A stretch of 33,481 nucleotides of DNA from the sequence record SRR31156797_22474, one strand, 5' to 3'. This document shows, piece after piece, positions 10,201-17,998 of this stretch. Position 1 is the stretch's first letter. Every line of letters starts with the position of its first letter. The position numbers were made by a program, and so were the translations under genes. Below the pieces are notes generated by a model. The model saw only the letters and a program-made list of their open reading frames with translations. It had not been told where the DNA came from and searched no databases.

Positions 10201-10400
10201 TAGGTCACTTGATCTTCAACCACTTGTGGAGCTTGCCCCGGATAGCTGGTTTTAATGATCACCTGCACATCTGACAGATCAGGAATAGCGTCAACGGGAG
10301 TATTTTTAACACTGTATAGGCCAGCACTGACTAGCACGATGGTTGCTAGCAACACAATAAATCGATTGCTCAGAGACCAGCGAATAATGGCATTAATCAT
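7281..10400 (-). CDS. cusA: CusA/SilA heavy-metal efflux RND permease
   Basis: 1039 aa; '[33 protein letters not shown]', '[13 protein letters not shown]', 'DLMYMP', 'PLTMIET', 'RIDMLATG' (Cu-binding Met positions as in CusA). Confidence 0.97.
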   Translation of the reverse strand: [1039 protein letters not shown]

Positions 10401-12106
10401 TGCTTGCCTCCGATTCGTTCAATACTCTTCAGAGCAAAATCATCGTTTTGTTTTTGGACTAGAAACCGAACTCGGTCACCTTCGTCTAAACCTGAAAGTT
10501 TCACATCGGGGTCGACCGTGAAGTTCATTTCACCCGCTTCCCAGTTCCATTCAGATACGGGTAAATGCTGTACAGTAATCATGCCGAAATCGGGCATAAG
10601 CATGGTGATATCACCTTCAACCCAAACCTCTCCGGCCAAAACATTGCCGTCTGATTTTAAGTCGATAACTTGATATCCCCCTTCTGGTGTCTGTTTTAGT
10701 TCAAATTCAATCACTTGGCCGTTAGTCAATGAGGCGATATCAACACCGTCAGCAGCGATGAAATTCATCGTCATTCCCGGCCAGTTCCATTCTGGGATAG
10801 GCTGGTGGTTAATGGTCAATGTGCGTGAGGTGGGTAATACATCACTAATGGTGCCTTTTGCCCACACACTATCTGCACTGTCTGCAACACCGTCGATACG
10901 CGCTAAGTCGGCGGTTTGGCTTGACTCTGAATCCAGTAAGAAGTGCGCAGAAGAAGCGACTTTACTCTGCTCGGTCAGTCCTTGTAGAACTTCTATTTGG
11001 TCGCCAGCTTCGCGTCCAACCTGAACTCGAGCGGAGCGGTACTTGCCATTACCTTCCGACAATACAACGCGAGTCATTCCGCCGGTACGAATCACCGCTG
11101 ATTTAGGAATGGTGAGTACGGACTCGTCTGTCACAGGTTGCAGTGAAATATTGGCAAACATGTTGGGTTTGAGTTCTCCCTTTGGATTAGGGAACTTGAG
11201 TCGCAGACGTAATGTGCGGGTTTGTGGGTCTAGAATTGGGTAGACGTAATCAATTTCACCTTGCCACTCTTTACCCGGAATCGCATCGAGATTCATTGTT
11301 GCTTTACTGCCAGCTTTTACCCAGTGTGATTGGCGCTCAAACACTTCTGCATCAACCCACACATTTTCAATTGGGCCGGCACTAATCACTGCTTGTGCAG
11401 GCGATAGATAACCCCCTTCACGAACGTTAAGGCTAGCGATGATGCCATCGGCTTTCGCCTTAATGTCGATGGTTTGCGACGCTTTGCCACGTTTTACTAT
11501 TGCCTTGATTTGTTGGCGGTCGACACCGAGAGTGACCAGACGTTCTGTGGCTCCTTTGATTAATCCGTTTCTACCAGTACGGTAAGCATTGATCAGCTCC
11601 TCTTGAGCTTTGACTAAATCAGGCGAGTATAGAGTGAAAAGTACGTCGCCCTTGCTGATTTTATCGCCAACAGCATTAACATTGAGTTTCTCAACCCAAC
11701 CAGCCACACGAACGTTGGTTTGCCACAATTGGCTTTCATCAAAGGCGATGTAACCGACGGTTTCGATACTGGGTGAGAGACGAGCCATTTTGGCCTGTAC
11801 CACTTTCACTCCCAGGTTATTTTCTACCGCCGGATCAATGGTAACCGTGCCCGGTTTGGTCTCTTCAGCACCGTCTTCGGCGTAAACTGGGATCAGATCC
11901 ATCCCCATCGGAGATTTGCCCGGTTTGTCGCGTTTGTAGTTTGGATCCATTGGAGCAACCCAGTAGAGCGGTTCGTTACTTGCTTTCGTCTGTTCTGCTT
12001 GAGCTGTGTGAGTAGCCATCCCTGTTTGTGACAGAAATGTTTGTGCGCCAAATCCCAGCGTTGCGCCGATAACAAGCGCGAGTGTTGTTACATGAATTGT
12101 TTTCAT
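10397..12106 (-). CDS. cusB: CusB-type periplasmic adaptor fused to two C-terminal CusF-like domains
   Basis: N-terminal 'YWVAPMDP...KSPMGMDLIP' metal-binding motif, MFP core, then 'INHQPIPEWNWPGMTMNF' and 'VQHLPVSEWNWEAGEMNF'; ATGA overlap with cusA. Confidence 0.93.
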   Translation of the reverse strand: MKTIHVTTLALVIGATLGFGAQTFLSQTGMATHTAQAEQTKASNEPLYWVAPMDPNYKRDKPGKSPMGMDLIPVYAEDGAEETKPGTVTIDPAVENNLGVKVVQAKMARLSPSIETVGYIAFDESQLWQTNVRVAGWVEKLNVNAVGDKISKGDVLFTLYSPDLVKAQEELINAYRTGRNGLIKGATERLVTLGVDRQQIKAIVKRGKASQTIDIKAKADGIIASLNVREGGYLSPAQAVISAGPIENVWVDAEVFERQSHWVKAGSKATMNLDAIPGKEWQGEIDYVYPILDPQTRTLRLRLKFPNPKGELKPNMFANISLQPVTDESVLTIPKSAVIRTGGMTRVVLSEGNGKYRSARVQVGREAGDQIEVLQGLTEQSKVASSAHFLLDSESSQTADLARIDGVADSADSVWAKGTISDVLPTSRTLTINHQPIPEWNWPGMTMNFIAADGVDIASLTNGQVIEFELKQTPEGGYQVIDLKSDGNVLAGEVWVEGDITMLMPDFGMITVQHLPVSEWNWEAGEMNFTVDPDVKLSGLDEGDRVRFLVQKQNDDFALKSIERIGGKQ

Positions 12107-12119
12107 TGTGTTTGCCTTG

Positions 12120-13502
12120 TTATTGTTGCTCTGAATCGATGTTTACTTCTGGTTTGTTGACCTGATAGCTGTAGCTGTTTAGTAATGCTGAGAGGTTGTT
12201 GTTAACCAGATTGAGATCGGTGATGAGACGCTGGTACTCCAGCTTTAATGCAAGTTCATCACGACTCGCTAAAATCACATCGTTAAATTGAGCTGTGTTG
12301 TTTTGGTAGCCTCGCTCTGTAGCTTCCACGCGTGAATCGGCTTGTGGCAGCAAAGTGGATTCAAAGCGTTGTAAGCGTTGAGCGAGGTTATTTTTGTCAA
12401 CCAATAGGGCGTTAACTTTGGCGTTCATTTGACGCAGCAAAGTGTCTTTTTGCGACTGTGCTGCGCCGACTTGATATTGTGCCGCTGCCAGATTTTTGTC
12501 CTGCTTGTTTCCCGTGAACAAGGGGATATCCATAGTGAGGTAAGCACTGACTAAATCCGATGCAGGTTCACCGCGCATGTTGTTGGATTGACGATAGGCG
12601 TACATGACTTCGACACCGAACTGAGGTGCGTAGGACTCTCGCGCGATATCGACTTGGGTTCGACGTACATCAATCGAGGCATCCACCATTTGTACCGTTG
12701 GGTTTTGGTTAAGTTGAGGGTAAAAGTCATTGGTGGTTGCCGAATCTTCGAGATGCTGCAAGGTACTCCAGTCAAGTTGATTGGTAGCGGTGAGAGACTG
12801 ATTGTTCAAAAGCCAGTCTGAGCCTAACCATTCCGACAACTGAGCATTGAGGCGTTGTTGCATTTGCTGATTGGCCTGAATTTTTTCATCCAGTTTTGTC
12901 ACCTGTAACTGGGCGTTAATCAGATCCTGAGTTTCACTTTTACCGATGGAGTAATTGGTGTTGATGTAATTTTCCAATTCTTGCATCAGAGTTCGGTTTT
13001 CAAGCAGTACACGATTTGCCACTTGCTGGTAACCGAGTTCTAGCCAGATTTTCGTCATGGCATTAATGATTTCGAGTTCTCTTGTGGCAACTCTTACTTC
13101 AAGTCCACTAGCCTGGAAATTGGCTTTTCTATCGTTTAGATCGGATGTGTCGCCACGATTGAACTGTTGCATCAGACCAACAGAGATGTTGGTCATTGGG
13201 TCTTCGTCAAAGGCAAAGCTATCGGTGGGTAATCCAGTCACGCCAAATTTCAGTTTTGGATCCATTAAGGTCGCGCTGGCTTTACCCGTCTCACGCACAG
13301 CGAGTGCTTCTGCGTAGTATTGACGGCGTATTCCATCGTTAGTCAGTGCTGCTTCAATCAGCTGAGTCAGTGTTTTATCGGTATTTGGCTTCATCTCACC
13401 CGTTGCAGGCTCATTCATGAGCTGCTCGTTGGCGTACAAAGGAGCTGCTGCCAATACCGCTGCACTTACAGAAAGTGCCAAAAGGCATTGTTTTAATTTC
13501 AC
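12120..13502 (-). CDS. cusC: TolC-family outer membrane efflux channel (CusC-like)
   Basis: Signal peptide, OEP repeats ('P.L..G...', 'LTMDIPLF', 'GYQNNTAQFNDVI'); first gene of the CBA trio; GTG start. Confidence 0.85.
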   Translation of the reverse strand: MKLKQCLLALSVSAAVLAAAPLYANEQLMNEPATGEMKPNTDKTLTQLIEAALTNDGIRRQYYAEALAVRETGKASATLMDPKLKFGVTGLPTDSFAFDEDPMTNISVGLMQQFNRGDTSDLNDRKANFQASGLEVRVATRELEIINAMTKIWLELGYQQVANRVLLENRTLMQELENYINTNYSIGKSETQDLINAQLQVTKLDEKIQANQQMQQRLNAQLSEWLGSDWLLNNQSLTATNQLDWSTLQHLEDSATTNDFYPQLNQNPTVQMVDASIDVRRTQVDIARESYAPQFGVEVMYAYRQSNNMRGEPASDLVSAYLTMDIPLFTGNKQDKNLAAAQYQVGAAQSQKDTLLRQMNAKVNALLVDKNNLAQRLQRFESTLLPQADSRVEATERGYQNNTAQFNDVILASRDELALKLEYQRLITDLNLVNNNLSALLNSYSYQVNKPEVNIDSEQQ

Positions 13503-13508
13503 TTTTTT

Positions 13509-13584
13509 ATTCCATCACTGAGCGCGTAACGCGCACGAGAATTCTTCCGTATTGACTACGGAACCTAATTGCTGAAGATGGAAT
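13509..13584 (-). promoter_or_regulatory. RNA structure sequestering the cusC ribosome-binding site
   Basis: In the mRNA, AUUCCAUC (13584-13577, overlapping the leader stop) is complementary to GAUGGAAU (13516-13509, cusC SD region) and encloses two hairpins (13545-13563, 13522-13534). Confidence 0.65.
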
Positions 13585-13982
13585 TAAGCTATTGGAGGCC
13601 GATAAAGGCTTTGAGTTTGATGAACAACTTCACCGGAAAGGGGGGGAGTAAATAACACCAAAGAGGTACTGGCTGTTACGATGAGATTGGGGGCTGTAAA
13701 TAGTGCAACAGAGGTCGCGCAGGTTGAATCACAGCAGTCGTGGACGATATCGGTTTGCACGTGACATTGTGCCGTCATAGCATCGGTATCGGCGGACGGC
13801 TTCATCATGTTTTGATGATGGAGAGGCATCGATTGCAGGTTGGAACAACCGGATTCTAGGGTTTGTTCACTAAATGGCGCGGCGTTGTTTATCATCATTG
13901 AACTTGAGGCGAAGCTGGACATAAGCAGTGCTGCTAATGCCAGGATCGTTATCCAAGTTGTAGGGATGATATTAAAGCGCAT
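13584..13982 (-). CDS. CopL/CutF-like Cys/His/Met-rich exported leader protein with C-terminal RPP motif
   Basis: Signal/TM N-terminus, 'MPLHHQNMM', 'CHVQ..VHDCCDSTC', ends 'LYRPPIA*'; ATG 13982 preferred over TTG 13988. Confidence 0.75.
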   Translation of the reverse strand: MRFNIIPTTWITILALAALLMSSFASSSMMINNAAPFSEQTLESGCSNLQSMPLHHQNMMKPSADTDAMTAQCHVQTDIVHDCCDSTCATSVALFTAPNLIVTASTSLVLFTPPLSGEVVHQTQSLYRPPIA

Positions 13983-14012
13983 ATTCAATGAATCCTTAAT
14001 AGAATGGGAATG

Positions 14013-14043
14013 ACTATAAAGCTTCCCCCTAGGGAAAGGTCAA
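14013..14043 (-). promoter_or_regulatory. sigma70 promoter with CueR (MerR-family) operator
   Basis: TTGACC-19 bp-TATAGT with dyad ACCTTTC-N7-GGAAGCT across the -35 and spacer, versus CueR consensus ACCTTCC-N7-GGAAGGT. Confidence 0.9.
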
Positions 14044-14098
14044 TCATTTTTCGTTGTGTTTTATTGGTTCGATGTTTTTTTAACCGACTGTGTTTCAA

Positions 14099-14626
14099 TC
14101 AATTTTCAAGGTCAAAACACTCCGCGTAACTACTACATTGTTCGCAACTCGGTGAGCGACAAATAAAGTCGCCACCGTTTTCACACAACTGCCGATATAA
14201 AAACCGTTTCCAACGCATATTGTTGACGTTTTGGGCTCTTAGCGGTGGGAAATAGTCACTAAACAATGCCGTGAGGCGAGGGCGTTCTGGCATACCAAGA
14301 TCATGCCAAAGGTGCTGGCTTCCCATGCACGCACAGGCCAGAATGTGTGCCATCTCTTCACCTAAAGGCACAGCAGTATTTAGTGAGTCGAGTAACAGTG
14401 CTTTCAGCTCATTGAACTCTGATTGACGCATATTCAGTAGTTCAAGACGAAGCCGCAAGTTTGGCTCCACCTCGGGTTCAAGAGGTGGGTTCTCTATGCC
14501 GAGTTCGTGCAACAGATGATGAAAATGAGGATCGCTAAGGCCTAAGCTCAACGGCAGGGCACTGTTACCTGCAGCGTAATTTTCAATGATAGGCAACCAA
14601 TAATCTGTAGCCAGATGTTTACTCAT
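14099..14626 (-). CDS. nifQ: NifQ, molybdenum donor for FeMo-cofactor synthesis
   Basis: 'HLWHDLG', 'N..NMRWKRFLYRQLC' and C-terminal Cx4Cx2Cx5C (CRSPSCEQCSSYAEC). Confidence 0.95.
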   Translation of the reverse strand: MSKHLATDYWLPIIENYAAGNSALPLSLGLSDPHFHHLLHELGIENPPLEPEVEPNLRLRLELLNMRQSEFNELKALLLDSLNTAVPLGEEMAHILACACMGSQHLWHDLGMPERPRLTALFSDYFPPLRAQNVNNMRWKRFLYRQLCENGGDFICRSPSCEQCSSYAECFDLEN

Positions 14627-14895
14627 GTTTGCGCTCTAACTTCTTTCGTCACCACCAAGGGCATCAAACTGCCCACAGGGTTAAGTGGATTGCTGGCACT
14701 ATCAATAATAGCCTCTTCGACCGGACAAATACTGGCACATTGTGGGTTGTCAAAGTGGGACGTACACTCATCACAGCGTTTTGGGTGAATATGGAACTGG
14801 TTGGCCAGATCGGCGTCCGGATAGACGGCTTGATTGGGACAGACCACCATACAAGCGTGGCAACCTACACAGTTATTGCTGATGACAAAGCTCAT
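14623..14895 (-). CDS. fdxN: 2x[4Fe-4S] nif-associated ferredoxin
   Basis: CxxCxxCxxxCP and CxxC-x8-CxxxCP; ATG 14895 has a GGAGG RBS and overlaps the nifB 3' end by 23 bp; ATGA overlap with nifQ. Confidence 0.88.
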   Translation of the reverse strand: MSFVISNNCVGCHACMVVCPNQAVYPDADLANQFHIHPKRCDECTSHFDNPQCASICPVEEAIIDSASNPLNPVGSLMPLVVTKEVRAQT

Positions 14896-16228
14896 AGACA
14901 GCCTCCGACGATGAATTAGTAACAAGTTCTTTAGCGATAGTATTTAGGCTGTCAGAGACAGGTTTGAATGCAAAATCCACATTCGGCTGTACGCCGAGCT
15001 TTTCCAGTTCTCGCCAAGGGGTGATCCCCATTCTGGCACTGAGAACCATTTGGCAATCGGCAATGGATTGGATTAACGCCTCTTTTTCAATTTCACCATC
15101 ACCACATTCTTGTTTGCCATTGCAGTAAAGTTCAACATGACGTGTTTCTTGGTAGAGGAATTGCTCGGATTGCTGATCAAACAGATAGATTTCAAACCGT
15201 GTGGCGTGACCAAAGTGCAGTTGAATGTACTCACTACCATCGCTAGCAACAGCTACACGGTATGTTTTATGGTTCGCAACCGGTTGAGACGGATTTGAAT
15301 CCGAATTTGTACCGGATGAACATGGTGACTCGCCATCTCCGAGCATACCGACCGCATCTGCTCGGCATTGCTGGCAATGGGTCATTTGTGGCATATGGTC
15401 ACCACATTGTTCACGAGCGAATAACACTTCTTCTTCGGTTGGACCTCGCTGGCCCGACAAACCAAAGTAAGTTCCATGAGCAGGATCGGAAATGAGCGGC
15501 ATAATGTTGTGCAGCAGAGCGCCGCGTTTTTTTACTTCTTCAGATACTTCTGCAATATGTTGGTGGTTCACGCCGGGGATAAGTACGGTGTTTACTTTGA
15601 CCAACATGCCAGCCAGAGCTGCTAGCTCAAGACCAAGCAGTTGTCTTTCGATAAGAGTCTGAGCCGCTTCGCGTCCGCGTAAGCGGCGATTATTGAAGTA
15701 AATCCAAGGATAGATCTTCTCACCAATTTCTGGGTTTACAGTGTTAATGGTAATAGTCAGATGGTGAACGCCAACTTCTGCTAGCTCTTCAACATGATCG
15801 GCCAAAGCCAAACCGTTGGTGGAAATGCAAAGCTGTACCTCCGGATGTGCGTCTTTAAGCAGACGAAGAGTGGTGAAGGTTGCTTTAGGATTAGCCAAAG
15901 CGTCACCAGGCCCAGCGATACCTGCAACGGTTAAGTTTGGGGCGCGTTTTTTTATCGTGTTGAATTGCTTGAGTGCACCGCTGCTGTCCATCACGTTAGA
16001 CACCACGCCGGGGCGTGACTCGTTACTGCAGTCGTATTTTCGGTTGCAATAGTTGCACTGGATATTACAGGCTGGTGCCACAGGCAGATGCATCCGCGCA
16101 TACTGATGTGCCTCTTTTGAGTAGCAAGGATGCTGTTGGATTTTTTCCTGCACTTGCTTGGTAAAGAAGTGATGAACTTTCTCTTTTTTCGCATTTGGCG
16201 ATCCGTTCGCGCGAGAATGACTTTCCAT
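14873..16228 (-). CDS. nifB: NifB radical-SAM FeMo-cofactor biosynthesis protein with C-terminal NifX-like domain
   Basis: HPC, CNIQCNYC, ESRPG, AGPGD, TITIN, CQQCRADA; C-terminal 'VAVAS...HFGHATRF'. Confidence 0.98.
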   Translation of the reverse strand: MESHSRANGSPNAKKEKVHHFFTKQVQEKIQQHPCYSKEAHQYARMHLPVAPACNIQCNYCNRKYDCSNESRPGVVSNVMDSSGALKQFNTIKKRAPNLTVAGIAGPGDALANPKATFTTLRLLKDAHPEVQLCISTNGLALADHVEELAEVGVHHLTITINTVNPEIGEKIYPWIYFNNRRLRGREAAQTLIERQLLGLELAALAGMLVKVNTVLIPGVNHQHIAEVSEEVKKRGALLHNIMPLISDPAHGTYFGLSGQRGPTEEEVLFAREQCGDHMPQMTHCQQCRADAVGMLGDGESPCSSGTNSDSNPSQPVANHKTYRVAVASDGSEYIQLHFGHATRFEIYLFDQQSEQFLYQETRHVELYCNGKQECGDGEIEKEALIQSIADCQMVLSARMGITPWRELEKLGVQPNVDFAFKPVSDSLNTIAKELVTNSSSEAVYELCHQQ

Positions 16229-16288
16229 GTCTACCTCTTAATCTCCAGATAAAAACTTGGGCTCTTAGCCCTCATAATATTAAGGAGT

Positions 16289-16304
16289 AGCAAGCTTTGT
16301 TCCT
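16289..16304 (-). promoter_or_regulatory. sigma54 -24/-12 promoter of nifB
   Basis: AGGAAC-AAAGC-TTGCT (GG-N10-GC). Confidence 0.85.
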
Positions 16305-16320
16305 ATCTATAACCTTTAAT

Positions 16321-16333
16321 ATTCAATAGGTTA
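16321..16333 (+). promoter_or_regulatory. IHF-like site in the nifB promoter
   Basis: ATTCAATAGGTTA, one mismatch to WATCAANNNNTTR, lying between the UAS and the -24/-12 element. Confidence 0.55.
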
Positions 16334-16381
16334 AAAATGGTGCTTAACAACAATTGTTCGAAACCGGACAAATTAAGCACC
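16333..16381 (-). terminator. probable nifLA terminator hairpin enclosing the nifB UAS
   Basis: GGTGCTTAA / TTAAGCACC 9-bp inverted repeat starting 10 nt after the nifA stop, followed by ATTTTT on the minus strand. Confidence 0.55.
16355..16370. promoter_or_regulatory. NifA upstream activator sequence for nifB
   Basis: TGT-TCGAAACCGG-ACA (TGT-N10-ACA). Confidence 0.88.
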
Positions 16382-16391
16382 CTATTGTTTG

Positions 16392-17993
16392 TTATATTTG
16401 TTTCATTTCGATGTTCATGGTCTGAATTCGATAAGCGATTTGTCGCGGTGTCATATTTAGCAGGCGGGCGGCTTTGGCTTTCACCCAGCCAGAGCGTTCT
16501 AGCGCATCAATCACCATCTCTCTTTCGTCACCAGTCGAGAAGTCTTTGGCCATGTTCTGTGGCTCCGAGGTTGAAGTCGGTGGCACTGACGGCTGAGTTT
16601 GCGTTGGTGTGAAAGGGTGTTGAGCCGCGGGTTGAAACACAGGTTGAGACTTGTTAAGTGTAATCAGATCTGGGCCAATCGTACCGGATTCGCACAGGAC
16701 CGAAGCTCGCTCTAAGGTGTTCTCCAACTCACGAACATTACCCGGCCATTGGTGAGACATCATTAGGCGAATCGCTTCATCGCTTAACGTTAACTTGCGC
16801 TGTTGCGCTTTACTTAAGTTCTGAATCATATGTTCAGCGAGCTCTGGAATGTCTTGCAGACGTTCGCGTAGTGGTGGCAAGTACATTGGCATAACATTGA
16901 GTCGATAATATAAGTCTTCACGGAAATTGCCTTGCGCGACTTCTTGTTCAAGATACCGGTTGGTTGCGGCAATGATCCGTACATTGACTGAGATTGTGGT
17001 TGTTCCACCGACGCGTTCAAACTCTTTCTCTTGTAATACGCGAAGCAATTTTGCCTGGAATGCCGGACTGGTTTCACCGATTTCATCCAGAAAAATTGTA
17101 CCGTTATCCGCCATTTCAAAGCGGCCTTTACGTTGCTTAACTGCACCTGTAAACGCCCCTTTTTCATGACCGAACAGCTCTGATTCAAGAAGGTTGTCGG
17201 GCAGCGCAGCACAGTTGAGTTTGACGAAAGAAAGGTTGGCGCGAGGTGAGTTGTAGTGAATGGCATTGGCAACCAGTTCTTTACCTGTGCCGGATTCACC
17301 GCGGATAAGAACGGTGGAATCCCAGCGAGAGACCAAGCGAATTTGCTCAAAGATCTGACGCATTGATTTGGTATGCCCGACTAAGTTGCGGAAGCTATAG
17401 TTGTTGCGGACTTTACGTCGTAGGTTATCTCTTTCATCCACTAACTGTTGCTGATGCGTCTCGACCTTATGGGCAAGCTGAACATTCTTGGCGATCAAAT
17501 TCGCAATCATGTTGAGAAAGTCTGTCTGTAAGGTAATGAACTGTTCCACAAATCGAGGAGGTTGAGCCGATAGGGCGCCAATCACTTTTCCGTTAGCGTC
17601 TTTTAACGGTACACAGATAAAAGGTTTCTCATAGTCGTAAAGCGCCAGTTTGTCCGCAAAGCGTTGGTCGTTGCCAAGGCTATTGATCACGATAGAGCTA
17701 CCTTGGCGTAATACTTCCCCGACTAACCCTTCTCCGACTTTGTATGAGACCTGCTTATGTTGTGCGGCAGAATTGGGCTGTGGCGAATGTACTGATTTGA
17801 TCAATAAAATATCGCGAGCATTGTCCAGAATCGTCAGCATACCGCATTGCAACCGACACTCATCGTGCAGCAGTTGCAAGATTTTGTCGGAAGACTCGAC
17901 ATAGTTGAGGCTGGTATTCAACACGCTAGACACTTTATACATCGCGGCCAGTAATTGACGTTCTAAATTCAATAAAGTCATTTCTTCTGTCAT
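16392..17993 (-). CDS. nifA: NifA, sigma54-dependent nif transcriptional activator (GAF-AAA+-HTH)
   Basis: GAF N-terminus, [24 protein letters not shown]-terminal '[21 protein letters not shown]'. Start uncertain (17993 or 18005), next to the nifL stop. Confidence 0.97.
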   Translation of the reverse strand: MTEEMTLLNLERQLLAAMYKVSSVLNTSLNYVESSDKILQLLHDECRLQCGMLTILDNARDILLIKSVHSPQPNSAAQHKQVSYKVGEGLVGEVLRQGSSIVINSLGNDQRFADKLALYDYEKPFICVPLKDANGKVIGALSAQPPRFVEQFITLQTDFLNMIANLIAKNVQLAHKVETHQQQLVDERDNLRRKVRNNYSFRNLVGHTKSMRQIFEQIRLVSRWDSTVLIRGESGTGKELVANAIHYNSPRANLSFVKLNCAALPDNLLESELFGHEKGAFTGAVKQRKGRFEMADNGTIFLDEIGETSPAFQAKLLRVLQEKEFERVGGTTTISVNVRIIAATNRYLEQEVAQGNFREDLYYRLNVMPMYLPPLRERLQDIPELAEHMIQNLSKAQQRKLTLSDEAIRLMMSHQWPGNVRELENTLERASVLCESGTIGPDLITLNKSQPVFQPAAQHPFTPTQTQPSVPPTSTSEPQNMAKDFSTGDEREMVIDALERSGWVKAKAARLLNMTPRQIAYRIQTMNIEMKQI

Positions 17994-17998
17994 GTCGA

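Noticed and set aside
14896-14925. Longer start for the ferredoxin (14925)
   Set aside because: ATG 14895 has a GGAGG RBS and gives a typical ferredoxin N-terminus.
16826-17350. 174-aa alternative-frame ORF inside nifA, and the other short nested or antisense ORFs in the track
   Set aside because: Fully overlap well-supported genes, with no recognisable motifs or translation signals.
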